From assembly GCF_006345805.1 (NCBI RefSeq), contig NW_021835196.1, positions 1 to 41,834 on the forward strand: a DNA stretch of 41,834 nt, in the 5' to 3' direction. Source of the stretch: Octopus sinensis (taxonomy: Eukaryota). The translations under genes were made by a program, and so were the position numbers. Below, piece after piece: positions 10,362-25,300 of this stretch (within the stretch, counting starts at the first letter, position 1; every line of letters starts with the position of its first letter). The notes under the pieces were generated by a model. It worked only from the letters and a program-made list of their open reading frames with translations. It did not search any database and was not told where the DNA came from.

Positions 10362-12144
10362 CTATATATATATATATATTATATATATATATACTATATG
10401 TTTATTTGTCTGTACATATATATAAATATGTGTGTGTGTTTGTGTGTCTATACACACACACACACATATATATATATTTACATGTTATATAGGGGTCGTA
10501 TTTTTAAGGGTTTGCGTGTAATAAACACCGGATATATTTAGTGGAAAGTGGGCGGTATTTGACAGCAGGCCATAAAAACCGCTAATTCAGCATTTATGTA
10601 TAGTGTGTCGTGTATGGGCGCCATATTTCTTTTCACTCACGTGCCTCATAAACTCATAAACAACGGTTAAATTTAATGAAAAGCAAGGGGAAAAGACGTT
10701 TGACAGGGACAATATGATCAATAATTAGGCATTTATTTGTGTATAAAGTGTTTAGGGGGTCTCACAATCCCTTTAGGGTTCTTCTTACGTGTAATAAACA
10801 ACAGTTAAATGACGTGGAAAATAAAGATGGCTATTTTTGTAATTTTAGTTGTTGTTTTTGTTTTTAGCCCTGGGTCACAAAACAATTGAGCAGAACTATG
10901 ATAAAGGTATTCCATCCGTGATACTCGCGACATTTTTATTTCGTTGTTAGTGGAGATGGAGAATATACGGAAAGAATTGCATTATCCGATACGTTCTTAA
11001 ATTAAAAGAAGATTGAGTGTAAATTGAGGATATTTGATTGCTATTTCTAGCAGATTGAGAAGCCATGCAAGAGTTCGTAGCTGGCTAGGTTGTAGCTGTT
11101 GGTCTTTTAATCTCACCGCCACCAACTCTACCACTTCATCCCAGGTCAGTCCTGATCGTGCAGAGCTATAATAAACAAAAATCCATCGGTGACCATTCCA
11201 ACTCATATTTTCCATCTACAAGAAACCAGAGCCGCATTATGCTATACTTCTTTTTCTAAGCAGAGCAGGATTTAGCTTTAAGCAAAGTTGGCTGCTATGT
11301 CTAGCGTTTTGAGCAAATGCCTAAGAAGTTTCACCCTGCTCGTTGACTCCATTATAAACCTAGTGTGAAATGGATACAATCTTCGCGAGTGACAAAACAA
11401 TTAGCGATTGGACATTTATGTTCAAAATAAAGTAATGAAATATTACAGAGGTGGGAGTGCAATAATTTATTTAGGGGACTCGTGTATCACGAACACCGTG
11501 TGTAACAGTAAGATGTGAAAGTTAGGTGGGTGCTTGGTTGACTGGAGCAAAATGGTTAGCAATTGGGCATTTGTTTTATAGGGGGTGTGTCGGGTTGGGT
11601 AGACTGGAGTGAGATAGGGGCCGGCAGTTGGGATCATCATTTTTTTTTAAAGGGGGTTTTACTTGTGTCTAATAAACACCGTGTATAGTTTCATGAAAGG
11701 GAAGTAGGTGGGTGTTTGTTGGCTGACAAAGACTGACGAAAACATAATAATGATAATAATAATAATAAATTTACCAGACAGACAGTGCTAATTCGTTTGA
11801 CACTACGGTATGGTCTATAAATTTCCTGTGCGGTTGGGGCAGAGAGAGAAAAGGAAAGGCTTTTTTTTATTGGAGAGATGAGAGGACCAAATGAGATGCC
11901 TGTTTTTCGATTTGTGCTTGATTTTTTTTATTTATTTCGTATTTTGTTTTTGTTTGGTTTGTTTTGCGAGGATTGGTGAGAGGAAGAGAGACACATAGAC
12001 AGAGAGAGAGAAAGAAAAAAACCCATTTATTTTTATTTAATGATTTAAGGGAGAATTATTCTATTCGAGTTTGTGTTTCTGTGTGTGTATGAGATAGAGA
12101 GAGAGGAGAGAAAGAAAGAGAAAAACTAACAAACGCACATTCAA

Positions 12145-12226
<82 letters not shown>

Positions 12227-12309
12227 GTTATGTGTGTATGTATGTATTATATAAGTTTATATGTATGTATATGTATATATATATATATGCATATATATAT
12301 GCATACATA

Positions 12310-12341
<32 letters not shown>

Positions 12342-12361
12342 TATATGAATGTATGTGTTGT

Positions 12362-12435
<74 letters not shown>

Positions 12436-12763
12436 AATATATAATATATATATATATGCACACGCACACACGTACGTTTGTATGTATGTATGTATGTATA
12501 TATGTATGTATGTGTATGTATGTGTATGTATGTAGTATGTGCGTATGTATGGTATTATGTATGTGTGTATGTATGTATGTATGTTGTATGCATGTATGTG
12601 CGTATGTATGTATGTATGTATGTATGTATGTATGTATGTATGAATGTATGTGTGTATGTATGTATGTACGTATGTATGTATGTATGTATGTATGTATGTA
12701 TGTATGTATGTATGTATGTGTGTATGTATGTATGTATGTATGTATGTATGTATGTATGTATGT
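12145..12763. repeat. Compound (TA)n/(CT)n/(TATG)n microsatellite
   Basis: Direct inspection; (TATG)n occupies ~12478-12763. Confidence 0.95.
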
Positions 12764-13184
12764 GACAAGCGTTGCTTATTCTCAAAGGTAAGTGTGTGTG
12801 AATTTCTCACTGGGGGTTTCTCGTTAGGGCTAGGAGATTAACAAAGTTTGAGCAGCATCAAATGCCAACATATGCTTACATGCGATTCCGCACTTCCATT
12901 CATATAATATATGAATTTTTTGCGTAGGGATATTATTATTAATTAATATTCTAGAAACAGCTAGAAGACCTTCTATCTATAAATGTTCTAATATCTATAC
13001 AGCCTTGGTTTTTTTTATCTCATTACACAAAAAATTAATATATACACACGCTGACATAGAGCCAACGTTGAACCCCTTATTCGAAATATTACCGAATCTG
13101 GAACTTAACTATGGTCTGTTTATAGCACTTATTCAGCATTACCTGACACCTTTGGGTCTCAATGACACCATTATCTCTTATAAT

Positions 13185-13227
<43 letters not shown>

Positions 13228-13394
13228 TCTCTCTCTCCCTCCTTATATATATAGATACCAGCCGAAATTGCTAGGATGATCCGGTTCCTGACTGAAGATT
13301 AGAGGATTCGAATGACCCGTCCGTTTTTTGCGTCATCTCTTTGTGTGTTTTGCGTTCTTGTCCCATTTTGTATTTATATATATAATTTTTATAC

Positions 13395-13435
<41 letters not shown>

Positions 13436-13669
13436 TATATTATGTATGTATGTATGTATCCTCCCAACAATCTTCGGAATTAAACTTCAACAGCAAAATA
13501 AAAAGGAAATGTAAAGGAAAAGATCAAAGGAAAACAAATGAGAATAATAACAACTATTTTTGTGGTTTTTAAGAATTTAAATATTGCTGGTGAGGAGAAA
13601 GAGTTATCGATAATATATCGATGTTGTTAATTGATTGCTTTTCTATTTTATTTCATTAAAACAAATAAT

Positions 13670-13843
13670 GCCACTATCACCACCACTATCACTACTACTA
13701 ACAAAACCCTTTGCATCACCACTACCACCACTACCACCACCACCACCACCACCATCATCATCATCACCATTTCTGCTAGTACCACCAGCAATATCATCAC
13801 CAGCACCATCAGCAGCACTGCCATCGTGAGCAACACTACCACC

Positions 13844-13877
<34 letters not shown>

Positions 13878-14275
13878 TCATCACCACCGTCATCATCAAC
13901 AACATTATCATTGCCAACACCACCCCAAACCATTACCAGAAACACCACCATCACCACCAGAACTAGCACCACTACGACCAATAGAAACATCCCAACCACC
14001 AACACTGCCACTACTAGCACCACTACATTGCCAGCTGCACTGCCACCACCACTTCTACCACCAGCGCCAACACCACTACCACCACCACCAACAACACCAC
14101 CACACCACCATCACTACCACAACCACCACCACCACCACAACCACCACAACCACCACTACCACCACCAGCACTGCTACTACTACTACTACTACTTCTAATT
14201 TCACTACGACCACCATCAATACTCGTCCTACCACGGCTACCACTTCTTCAGCGGGCTGGCCGCCACCGCCGTCGC
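13670..14275 (+). repeat. Degenerate (ACC)n/(ATC)n/(ACT)n trinucleotide low-complexity tract
   Basis: Direct inspection; produces the poly-Thr/His/Pro/Val ORFs. Confidence 0.9.
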
Positions 14276-15204
14276 CACAATCACCAATATACAATCATAT
14301 AAATTGTTAAAAGTTGGTGTTGTTGTTCATATTGCACGAAAACAATATGGCGTCGTTGACAGTTTTACGATCGGACAACCAAAGCTTAAAATATATTCAT
14401 CTACGCCATAAATTTTGAATTTATTCATTCTTTCTTCTTTATTTTTGTCTCAGTTTATTTCTACACATGTGTGAGTGTGTATGTGTATTAGTGTCTATGT
14501 TTTCTGTGTGTTAGCCTTAGTGCTGGTATGTGTGCGCATTTGAGTAATGGCATACCCAAAGCCAACACGGTAGGGGCTCACATGCATAAAATTGTGAGTT
14601 GAATGTAGAACACCGATCAGTTGAGATTATCCTTGTAATTATTGCGCAAAATCTCCCCTGGGGTGTTAAAATATAAAAAAAAGAACATAGAGCAATGGGG
14701 AGCACTCTTGTAAGATCAACTGATTGAAACTTTTAGGCAATATTACCAATGCATTTTGGAGAATATTGATTAGCAAACAGGAAAATTGAGGAATATGTTC
14801 TAAAGCTATAAATCATTTCATTTTATTTCGAGCTAATTTCGTTTTCTACTCAACTTTATTCCCCATTAATTCTAGCCTCCATCTTAAAAATGTATTTAAG
14901 AACAAAATATCTAAATGCTAAAAAGTAATCATCCAACTAATTTGATGATATTTTAAAATATGCTACCAGTCAATTTAACTTGCTTAAATCCTCTAAAAAA
15001 CGTTATTAATTTTAATTCACTGAGTATTAAGTAATTCCTCTGTTAGCGTGTACTGTTATGCAAATTAGACCAATCAGGTTATCTGAGTCTTGTATTAACT
15101 CCTATAATGGTTGTAAACTATTAATCTCTCCCTAGACAGAAAACAAGAAACTAATCCGATTGGGCCCACTGATTTTGTCCTGCAGGGGATAAGTATTCAG
15201 TCAG

Positions 15205-16258
15205 TTACACTTTCAGTCATTTGACTGTGGCCATGCTGGAGCACCGCCTTTAGTCGAGCAAATCGACCCCAGAACTTATTCTTTGTAAGCCTAGTACTTA
15301 TTCTTTTGGTCTCTTTTGCCAAACCGCTAAGTTACGGAGACGTAAACACACCAGCATCTGCTGTCAAGCGATGTTGGGAGACAAACGCCGACACGCAAAC
15401 ACACACACACATGTATATATATATATATACGACGGGCTTCTTTCAGTTTCCGTCTACCAAATCCACTCACAAAGCATGGCTATGTGGCAAGAAGCTTCTA
15501 AACAAACAAATTTGTTCCAGGTTCAATTGCACTGCATCGCAAATTGGGCCAGTATCTTCTACTATAGCCTCGGGCCGATTTGTGCGTGGATCTCGTAGAC
15601 GGAAACTGAAATATGCCTGTCGTATATATATATGTATATGGGTTCAGTCCCACTGCGTGGCAACTTGGGCAAGTGTCTTCTATTATAGCCTCGGGCCGAC
15701 CAAAGCCTTGTGAGTGGATTTGGTAAAGGGAAACTGGAAGAAGCCCGTCGTATATGTATATATATGTGTGTGTGTGTGTTTGTGTGTCCGCGTTTGTCCC
15801 TCCCAACATCACTTGACAACCGATACTGGTGTGTTTACGTCCCCGTAACCTCGCGGTTCGGCAAAAGAGAGTGATAAAATAAGAACTAGGCTTACACAGA
15901 ATAAACTCTGGGGTCGATTTGCACGACTAAAGGCAGTGCTCCAGCATGGCCGCAGTCAAATGCCTGAAACAAGTACAAGAAAAAAGAAAAAGAAAGAATA
16001 TATATGCATATATCTATGTGTGTGTGCCTTTGCGTTTGTTTTTGTCTTCACTAGCGCTTGACAACCGGTATTATGCTGTTTACGTCCACATAACTTAGCA
16101 GGTCGGCAAGCGAGTCTGACAGAACACGTACTAGGCTTTAAACAATACATCCTAGGGCCCATCTATTCGACTACAAAAAACAAAATGAATAAAGGTCTTC
16201 AAGATGGTGCTCCAGCAAGGCCGCAGTCAAGTGACTGAAGCAAAAAAAAAGAAATAAA
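15205..16258. mobile_element. Cluster of SINE family A pieces: 15205-15475 (-), 15476-15639 (+), 15640-15997 (+), 16020-16258 (+, tail)
   Basis: Each piece aligns to part of 1273-1668. Confidence 0.85.
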
Positions 16259-16291
16259 GTTGGACGGACCGATGGCCAGACTACTCGCCGG

Positions 16292-16296
16292 GTGGA

Positions 16297-16347
<51 letters not shown>

Positions 16348-19300
16348 ATGGATGGATGGATGGATGGATGGATGGATGGATGGATGGATGGATGGGTGGA
16401 TAGATGAATGTATGGATGGGTACATAGATGGATGGAAGGATGGATGGATGGATGGGTGGACGGATGGATGGATGGGTGGATGGGTGGATGGATGGGTGGA
16501 TGGATGGGTGAATGGATGGATGGATGAATGGGTGGATGGGTGGAAGGATGGTTGAATGGATGGGTGGATGGATGGATGGATGGATGGATGGATGGATGGG
16601 TGGACGGATGGTTGAATGGGTGGATGGATGGATGGATGAATGGATGGATGGATGAATGGATGGGTGGATGAATGGATGGATGGATGGATGGATGGATGGA
16701 TGAATGGATGGATGGATGGATGGATGGAGGATGGATGGATGGATGGATGGATTGGTGGATGGATGGATGGATGGATGACTGGATGGATGGATGGAAGAAT
16801 GGATGGATGGATGAATGGATGGATGGAAGGATGCATTGATGGATGGATGGATGGATGGATGGATGGGTGGGTGGATGGATGGTTGAATGGATGGATGGAT
16901 AGATGGTTGGATGGATGGATGGACGGATGAATGGATGGATGGATGAATGGATGGTTGGATGGATGGATGGATGAATGGATGGGTGGATGAATGTATGGAT
17001 GGATGGAAGGATGGATGGAAGGATGGATGGATGGATGGATGGTTGGATGGATGGATGGATGGATGAATGGATGGGAGGATGAATGGATGGATGGATGGAT
17101 GAATGGATGGTTGGATGGATGGATAGATGGATGGATGGATGGATGGATGGATGAATGGAAGGATGGATGGATGGATGGATGGATGGATGGATGAATGGAT
17201 GAATGGAAAGATGGATGGATGGATGTGTGGGTGGATGAATGGATGGATGAATGGATGGACGAATGGAAAGATGGATGGATGGATGGGTGGATGAATGTAT
17301 GGATGGATTGACGGAAGGATAGATGAATGGATTGATGGATGGATGGATGGATGGATAGATGAATGGAATGGGTGGATGAATGTATGGATGGATTGACGGA
17401 AGGATAGATGAATGGAAGGATGGGTGGATAAATGGATTGATGGATGGATGGATGGATGGATAGATGAATGGAATGCGTGGATGAATGGATGGAAGGATGC
17501 ATGGATAGATGGATGGATGGATGGATGGGTGGATGGATGGATGGATGGATGGGTGGATGAATGGATGGATTGAAGGATGCATGGATGGATGGATGGATGG
17601 ATGGGTGGGTGAATATATGGATATATGGATGGATGGATGGGTGGAAGAATGGATGGATGGATGGAAGGATGGAAGGATGCATGGATGAATGGATGGATGG
17701 ATGGATGGATGAATGGATGGATGGATGGAGGGATGGATGGGTGGATGGGTGGATGAATGGATGGATTGATGAATGGATGGAATGAGTGACGGAGGGAAGG
17801 ATGGATGAATGGATGAATGGATGTAATGAGGGATGGATGGATGGATGAATGAATGGATGAATGAATGGATGGATGAATGGGTGGATGGATGGATGGATGG
17901 ATGGGTGGATGGATGGATGGATGGATGGGTAGATAGATGGATGAAAGGATGGATGGATGAATGGATGGATGGATGGATGGATGAATGGATGGGTGGATGA
18001 ATGGATGGATGGATGGATGGAAGGATGGATGGATGGATGGGTGGATGTATGGATGGATTGGTGGGTGGATGGATGGATTGGTGGATGGATGGATGGATTG
18101 GTGGATGGGTGGATGGATGGATGGATGGATTGGTTTATGGATGGATGGATTGGTGGATGGATGGATGGATGGATGGAAGGATGCATGGATGGATGGATGG
18201 ATGGATGGATGGATTGAGGGATGAATGAATGGATGGATGGATGGATAGATGGATGAATGGATGGGTGGATGAATGGATGGATGAATGGATGGATGGATGA
18301 ATGGATGGTTGGATGGATGGGTGGATGGATGGATGGATGAATGGATGGATGGATGGATAGATGAATGGATGAATGGATGGGTGGATGAATGGATGGATGG
18401 ATGGATGGAAGTTTGGATGGATGAATGGATGGATGGATGGATGGGTGGACGGATGGATGGATGGATGGGTTGGATTGTGGGATGGTTGGATGGATGGTTG
18501 GATGGATGGGTGAATGGATGGATGGAACGATGGGTGGATGGATGGGTTGATGGATGGGTGAATGGATGGATGGATGGATGGATGGGTGAATGGATGGGGT
18601 AATGGATGGATGAATGGATGGATGGATGGATGGATGGATGAATGGTTGGGTGGTGAATGGATGGAATGATGGATGGATGGATGAATGGATGGTTGGATGT
18701 ATGGATGGATGGATGGATGAATGGATGGTTGCATGGATGGATGGATGGATGAATGGATGGATGGATAGATGGATGGATGGATGGTTGAATGGATGGATGG
18801 AAGGATGGATGGATGAATGGATGGATGGATGAATGGATGGATGGATAGAAGGACGGATGGATGAATGGATGGGTGGATGGATGGATAGATGGATGGATGA
18901 ATGGATGGATGGATGGATGGATGGGGTAATGGGCGGATGAATGGATGGATGGATGGATGTATGGAAGGATGGAGGATGGATGGATGAATGGATGGGTGGA
19001 TGAATGGATGGATGAATGGAAGGATGGATTGATGGATGGATGGATGAATGGATGGATGGATGGATGAATGGAAGGATGGATGGATGGATGGATGAATGTA
19101 TGAATGGAAGGATGGATGGGTGGATGGATGGGTGGATGAATGGATGGATGGATGTATGGAAGGATGGATGGATGGATGGGTGGATGAATGGATGGATTGA
19201 CGGATGTATGGGTGAATGGATGGATGGATGGATGAATGGGAGGATGAATGGATGAATGGATGAAAAGATGAATGGAATGGGTGGATGAATGGATGGATGT

Positions 19301-22300
19301 AAGGATGCATGGATGAGTGGATGGATGGATGATGGATGGTGGATGGATGGATGGTTGGATGGGTGAATGATGGATGGATGAAAGATGCATGGATGATGGG
19401 TGGATGGATCGTGGATCGATGGATCGAGGATCGATCGGTCGTTGAATGGATGGGTGGATGAATGGATGGATGGATGGATGTATGGTGGAGATGGAATGGA
19501 TGAATGGATGGTTGGATGGATGGATGGATGGATGGATGGGTGGATGGATGGATGGATGGATGGAGAATGGATGGATGGATGGTGGATGGGTGGATGAATG
19601 GATGGTGGATGGATGAATGAATGGATGGATGATGGATGGATTGATGGGTGCTGAATGATGGATGGATGTATGGATGAATGGATGGATGGATGGATGAGGA
19701 TGGATGAATGGGTGGATGAATGGATAGATGGATGGATGGATGGATGAATGGGTGGATGGATGGATGGATGGATGGGTGGATGGATGGTTGAATGGATGGA
19801 TGGATGGATGGGTGGATGGGTGGGTGGATGGATGGGTGAATGGATGGATGGATGGATGGAAGGATTGATGGGTGGATGAATGGATGGATGGATGGATGGA
19901 TGAATGGATGGATGGATGGATGGATGGATGAATGGGTGGATGAATGGATGGATGGATGGATGGATGGATGAATGGATGGATGGATGGATGGATGGGTGGA
20001 TGGATGGTTGAATGGATGGATGGATGGATGGGTGGATGGGTGGGTGGATGGATGGGTGAATGGATGGATGGATGGATGGATGGTAGATGGATGTGGTAAT
20101 GGATGGATGAATGGATGGATGGATGGATGTATGGATGGATGGATGGATGGATGGATGGATGGATGAATGGTTGGGTAGATGAATGGATGGAATGATGGAT
20201 GGATGGATGGATAAATTGATGGTTGGATGGATGGATGGATGAATGGATGAATGGATGGATAGATGGATGAATGGATGGATGGTTGAATGGATGTGTGGAT
20301 GGAAGGATGGATAAATGGATGGGTGGATGAATGGAAGGATGGATGGATGGATGGATGAATGTATGAATGGAAGGATGGATGGGTGGTTGGATGGGTGGAT
20401 GAATGGATGGATGGATGTATGGAAGGATGGATGGATGGATGGGTGGATGAATGGATGGATTGACGGATGTATGGGTGAATGGATGGATGGATGGATGAAT
20501 GGGAGGATGAGTGGATGAATGGATGGATGGATGAAAAGATGAATGGAATGGGTGGATGAATGGATGGATGTAAGGATGCATGGATGAGTGGATGGATGGA
20601 TGGATGGATGGGTGGATGGATGGATGGATGGATGGGTGAATGAATGGATGGATGGAAGGATGCATGGATGGATGGGTGGATGGATGGATGGATCGAGGGA
20701 TCGAGGGATCGATCGGTCGTTGGATGGATGGGTGGATGAATGGATGGATGGATGGATGTATGGGTGGATGGATGGATGGATGAATGGATGGTTGGATGGA
20801 TGGATGGATGGATGGATGGGTGGATGGATGGATGGATGGATGAATGGATGGATGGATGGGTGGATGGGTGGATGAATGGATGGATGGATGGATGAATGAA
20901 TGGATGGATGGATGGATGGATGGATTGATGGGTGGCTGAATGGATGGATGGATGGATGGATGGATGAATGGATGGATGGATGGATGTGGATGAATGGGTG
21001 GATGAATGGATGGATGGATGGATGGATGGATGAATGGGTGGATGGATGGATGGATGGTTGATGGGTGGAGGAGTTGACTGGATGGATGGATGGATGGGTG
21101 GATGGGTGGGTGGATGGATGGGTGAATGGATGGATGGATGGATGGATTGGATGGATTGATGGGGGTGGATGAATGGATGGATATGGGATGGATGGATGAT
21201 GATGGATGGATGGATGGATGAAGGGTGGATGAATGGATGGATGGATGGATGGATGGATGAATGGATGGATGGATGGATGGATGGGTGGATGGATGGTTGA
21301 ATGGATGGATGGATGGATGGGTGGATGGGTGGGTGGATGGATGGGTGAATGGATGGATGGATGGATCGATGGGTAGATGGATGTGGTAATGGATGGATGA
21401 ATGGATGGATGGATGGATGTATGGATGGATGGATGGATGGATGGATGGATGAATGGTTGGGTAGATGAATGGATGGAATGATGGATGGATGGATGGATGA
21501 ATGGATGGTTGGATGGATGGATGGATGAATGGCTGAATGGATGGATAGATGGATGAATGGATGGATGGTTGAATGGATGGGTGGATGGAAGGATGGATAA
21601 ATGGATGGGTGGATGAAAGGAAGGATGGATGGATGAATGGATGGATGGATGGATGGATGGATGGATGGATGGATGGATGGATGGATGGATGTTTGAATGG
21701 ATGGGTGAATGGAGGGTTGGATGGATGGATGGATTTATGGATGGATTGATGGATGGGTGGATGAATGGATTGAAGGATGGATGAATGGATGGGTGGATGA
21801 ATGGATGGATGAATGGAAGGATGAATGGATGGATGGATGGATGAATGGAAGGATGGATGGATGGATGGATGGATGAATGGATGAATGGAAGGACGGATGG
21901 ATGGATGGATGGGTGGATGAATGGATGGATGGATGGATGAATGGAATGATGGATGGATGGATGGGTGGATGAATGGATGGATGGATTGACGGATGGATAG
22001 ATTAATGGATGGTTGGATGGATGAATGGAAGTATGGGAGGATGAATGGATGGATGGATGAATAGATAAATGGAATGGGTGGATGAATGGATGGATGGAAG
22101 GATGCATGGATGGATGGTTGGATGGATTTATGGATGGATGGATGGATGGGGTAATGGATGGATGAATGGATTGATGAATGGATGGATGGATGGATGGATG
22201 AATGGATGGGTGGATGAATGGATTGAAGGATGGATGAATGGATGGATGAATGGATGGGTGGATGAATGGATGGATGAATGGAAGGATGAATGGATGGATG

Positions 22301-25300
22301 GATGGATGAATGGAAGGATGGATGGATGAATGGATGGATGGATGGATGAATGGATGAATGGAAGGATGGATGGATGGATGGATGGATGGGTGGATGAATG
22401 GATGGATGGATGGATGGACGAATGGAAGGATGGATGGATGGATGGGTGGATGAATGTATGGATGGATTGACGGATGGATAGATGAATGGATGGCTGGATG
22501 GATGAATGGAAGGATGGGTGGATGAATGTATGGATGGATGGATGGATGGGATGGATGGATGATGGATGGATAGATGAATGGAATGGGTGGATGAATGGAT
22601 GGATGGAAGGATGCATGGATAGATGGATGGATGGATGAGTGGATGAATGGATGGATGGGAGGATGCATGGATGGATGGATGGATGGTTGGATGGGTGGGT
22701 GAATGGATGGATGGATGGATGGATAAATGGATGGATGGATATATGGATGGATGGATGGGTGGAAGAATGGATGGATGGATGGAAGGATGGAAGGATGCAT
22801 GGATGAATGGATGGATGGATGGATGGATGAATGGATGGATGGATGGAGGGATGGATGGGTGGATGAATGGATGGATGGATGAATGGATGGGTGGATGAAT
22901 GGATGGAATGAGTGACGGATGGAAGGATGGATGGATGTTTGAATGGATGTAATGAGGGGTGGATGGATGGATGAATGAGTGGATGAATGAATGGATGGAT
23001 GAATGGATGGATGGATGGATGTATGTATGGATGGATGGATAGATGGATGGATGGATGAATGGATGGGTGGGTGAATGGATGGAAGGATGGATGGATGGAT
23101 GAATGGATGGTTGGATGGATGGATGGGTGGATGAATGGATGGATGGATGGATGGATGGATGGATGGAAGGATGCACGGATGGATGGATGATGGATGGATG
23201 GATGAATGGATGGGTGGATGAATGGATGGATGGATGGAAGGATGCATGGATTGAGGGATGGGTGGATATATGGAAGGAGGGATGGAAGGAGGGACGGATG
23301 GAAGCATGGATGGATAAATGGAAGGATGGATGGATGGATGGATTGATGGATGGATGGATGGATGGATGGGTGGGTGGACGGATGGATGGATGGAAGGAGG
23401 GACGGATGGAAGGATGGATGGATGGATGAATGGATGGAATGATGGATGGATGGATTGATGAATGGATGGAATGATGGATGGATGGATGGATGATTGGATT
23501 GGTGGATGAATGGATGGATGGATAGATGGTTGGATGGATGGATGGATGAAAGGATGGATGGATGGATGGTTGGATAGATGGATGGATGGATGGTTGAATG
23601 GATGGATGAATGGATGGTTGGATGGATTGATGGATGGATGAATGGATTGATGGATGATGGATGGATGGATGGATGGATGGATGGGTGGATGAATGAATGG
23701 AAGGTTGGATGGATGGATGGATGGATTGATGGGTGGATGAATGGATGGATGGATGAATGGATGGATGCATGGATGGATGCATGGATGGGTGGATGAATGG
23801 ATGGAATAATGGATGGATAAATGGATGGGTGGATGTATGGATGGATGGATGGGTGGATGAATGGATGGAAGGATGGATGGATGAATGGATTGATGGATGG
23901 ACGATGGATGAATGGATGGATGGATGGATGGATGGAGGGATGGATGGGTGGATGAATGGATGGATGGATGAATGGATGTGTGGATGAATGGCTGGAAGGA
24001 GCGACGAGTGGAAGGATGGATGGATGGATGGATGGAATGATGGATGGATGGATGGATGAATGGATGGATGGATGTATGGATGGAAGGACAGATGGTGGGA
24101 TGGATGGATGGATGAATGGATGGATGGATGGATGGATGGATAGATGGATGGATGGATGGTTGAATGGATGGATGAATCGATGGTTGGATGGATGGATGGA
24201 TGGATGGATGAATGGAAGGATGGGTGGATAAATGGGTGGATGGATGAATGGATGAATGGAATGGGTGGATGAATGGATGGATGGATGGATGGATGGATGA
24301 AGGGAAGGATGGGTGGATGATTGGATGGATGGATGAATGGATGGATGGATGGGTGGATAGATGGATGGATGAATGGATGGGTGTTGAATAAATGCGTGGA
24401 TGAATGGAAGGAAGGATGCATGCATGGATGGATGGATGAATGGATCGGTGGATGGATGGATGGATGGATGGATGGATGGGTTGGTGAATGGATGGAGGGG
24501 AGGATGCATGGAAGGATGGATGGATGTATGGATGGTTGGATGGAAGGATGCATGGATGGATGGATGAATGGATAGATGGATAGATGGGTGGATGGATGGA
24601 TGGATGAATGGATGGATGGTGAATGGATGGGTGGATGTATGGATGGAAGGATGCATGGATGGATGGATGGATGGATGGATGGATGAATGGGTGGATGGAT
24701 GGATGGATGGATGGATTGGGGATGAATGGATGGATGGGAGGATGCATGGATGGATGGAAGAATGGATGGATGGAAGGATGGTTGAATGGATGGATGGATG
24801 GATCGATTGATCGATCGATCGATCGATGGATGGGTGGATGAATGGATGGATGGATGGATGGGTGCATGAATGGATGGATGGATGGATGGGTGGAAGGTTG
24901 GATGAATGGATGGATGGATGGATGGATGAATGGATGGATGGATGGATGGATTGATTGATGGGAGGATGAATGGTTGGATGGTTGGATGGATGGATGGATG
25001 GGTGGATGAATGGATGGATGGATGAATGGATGGATGGATGAAAGGATGGATGGATGGATGGATGGGTGGATGAATGGATGGATGGATGGATGGAAGGATG
25101 CATGGATGGATGGATGGATGGATGATGGATGGATGGATGGATGAATGGATCGGTGGATGAATGGATGGATGGATGGATTGATGGAAGGATGGATGGATGG
25201 ATATATGGAAGGAGGGATGGAAGGAGGGACGGATGGAAGCATGGATGTATGGATGGATAGATGGATGGATGGATTGTTGGATGGATGGATGGATGTATGG

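Noticed and set aside
10997-11215. Protein-like minus ORF (SGLTWDEVVELVAVRLKDQQLQPSQLRTLAWLLNLLE) with an apparent acceptor at ~11167
   Set aside because: Both ends overlap decayed copies of dispersed repeats also seen at ~6310, ~6440, ~10865, ~11285 and ~30855 ('ccaggtcag.cctgatc...' and 'gattt..ctgctatttctagc').
13003-13170. Plus ORF ALVFFISLHKKLIYTHADIEPTLNPLFEILPNLELNYG as an exon
   Set aside because: Weak donor, no recognisable homology, and the phase is incompatible with the next candidate at 14521.
13286-13325. CTGAAGA...CGAAT-GACCCGTC hammerhead-like string
   Set aside because: A15.1 is missing, and stems I and II do not pair.
13631-14294. Mucin-, extensin- or Gly-rich ORFs here and at 28966-30598
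   Set aside because: Trinucleotide low-complexity DNA open in several frames on both strands.
14517-14705. Exon-like signals on both strands (+14521-14593 ending in gtgagt; a strong minus acceptor at ~14658)
   Set aside because: The candidates conflict, the peptides are unrecognised, and in-frame TGAs in one minus frame have no supporting selenoprotein/SECIS evidence.
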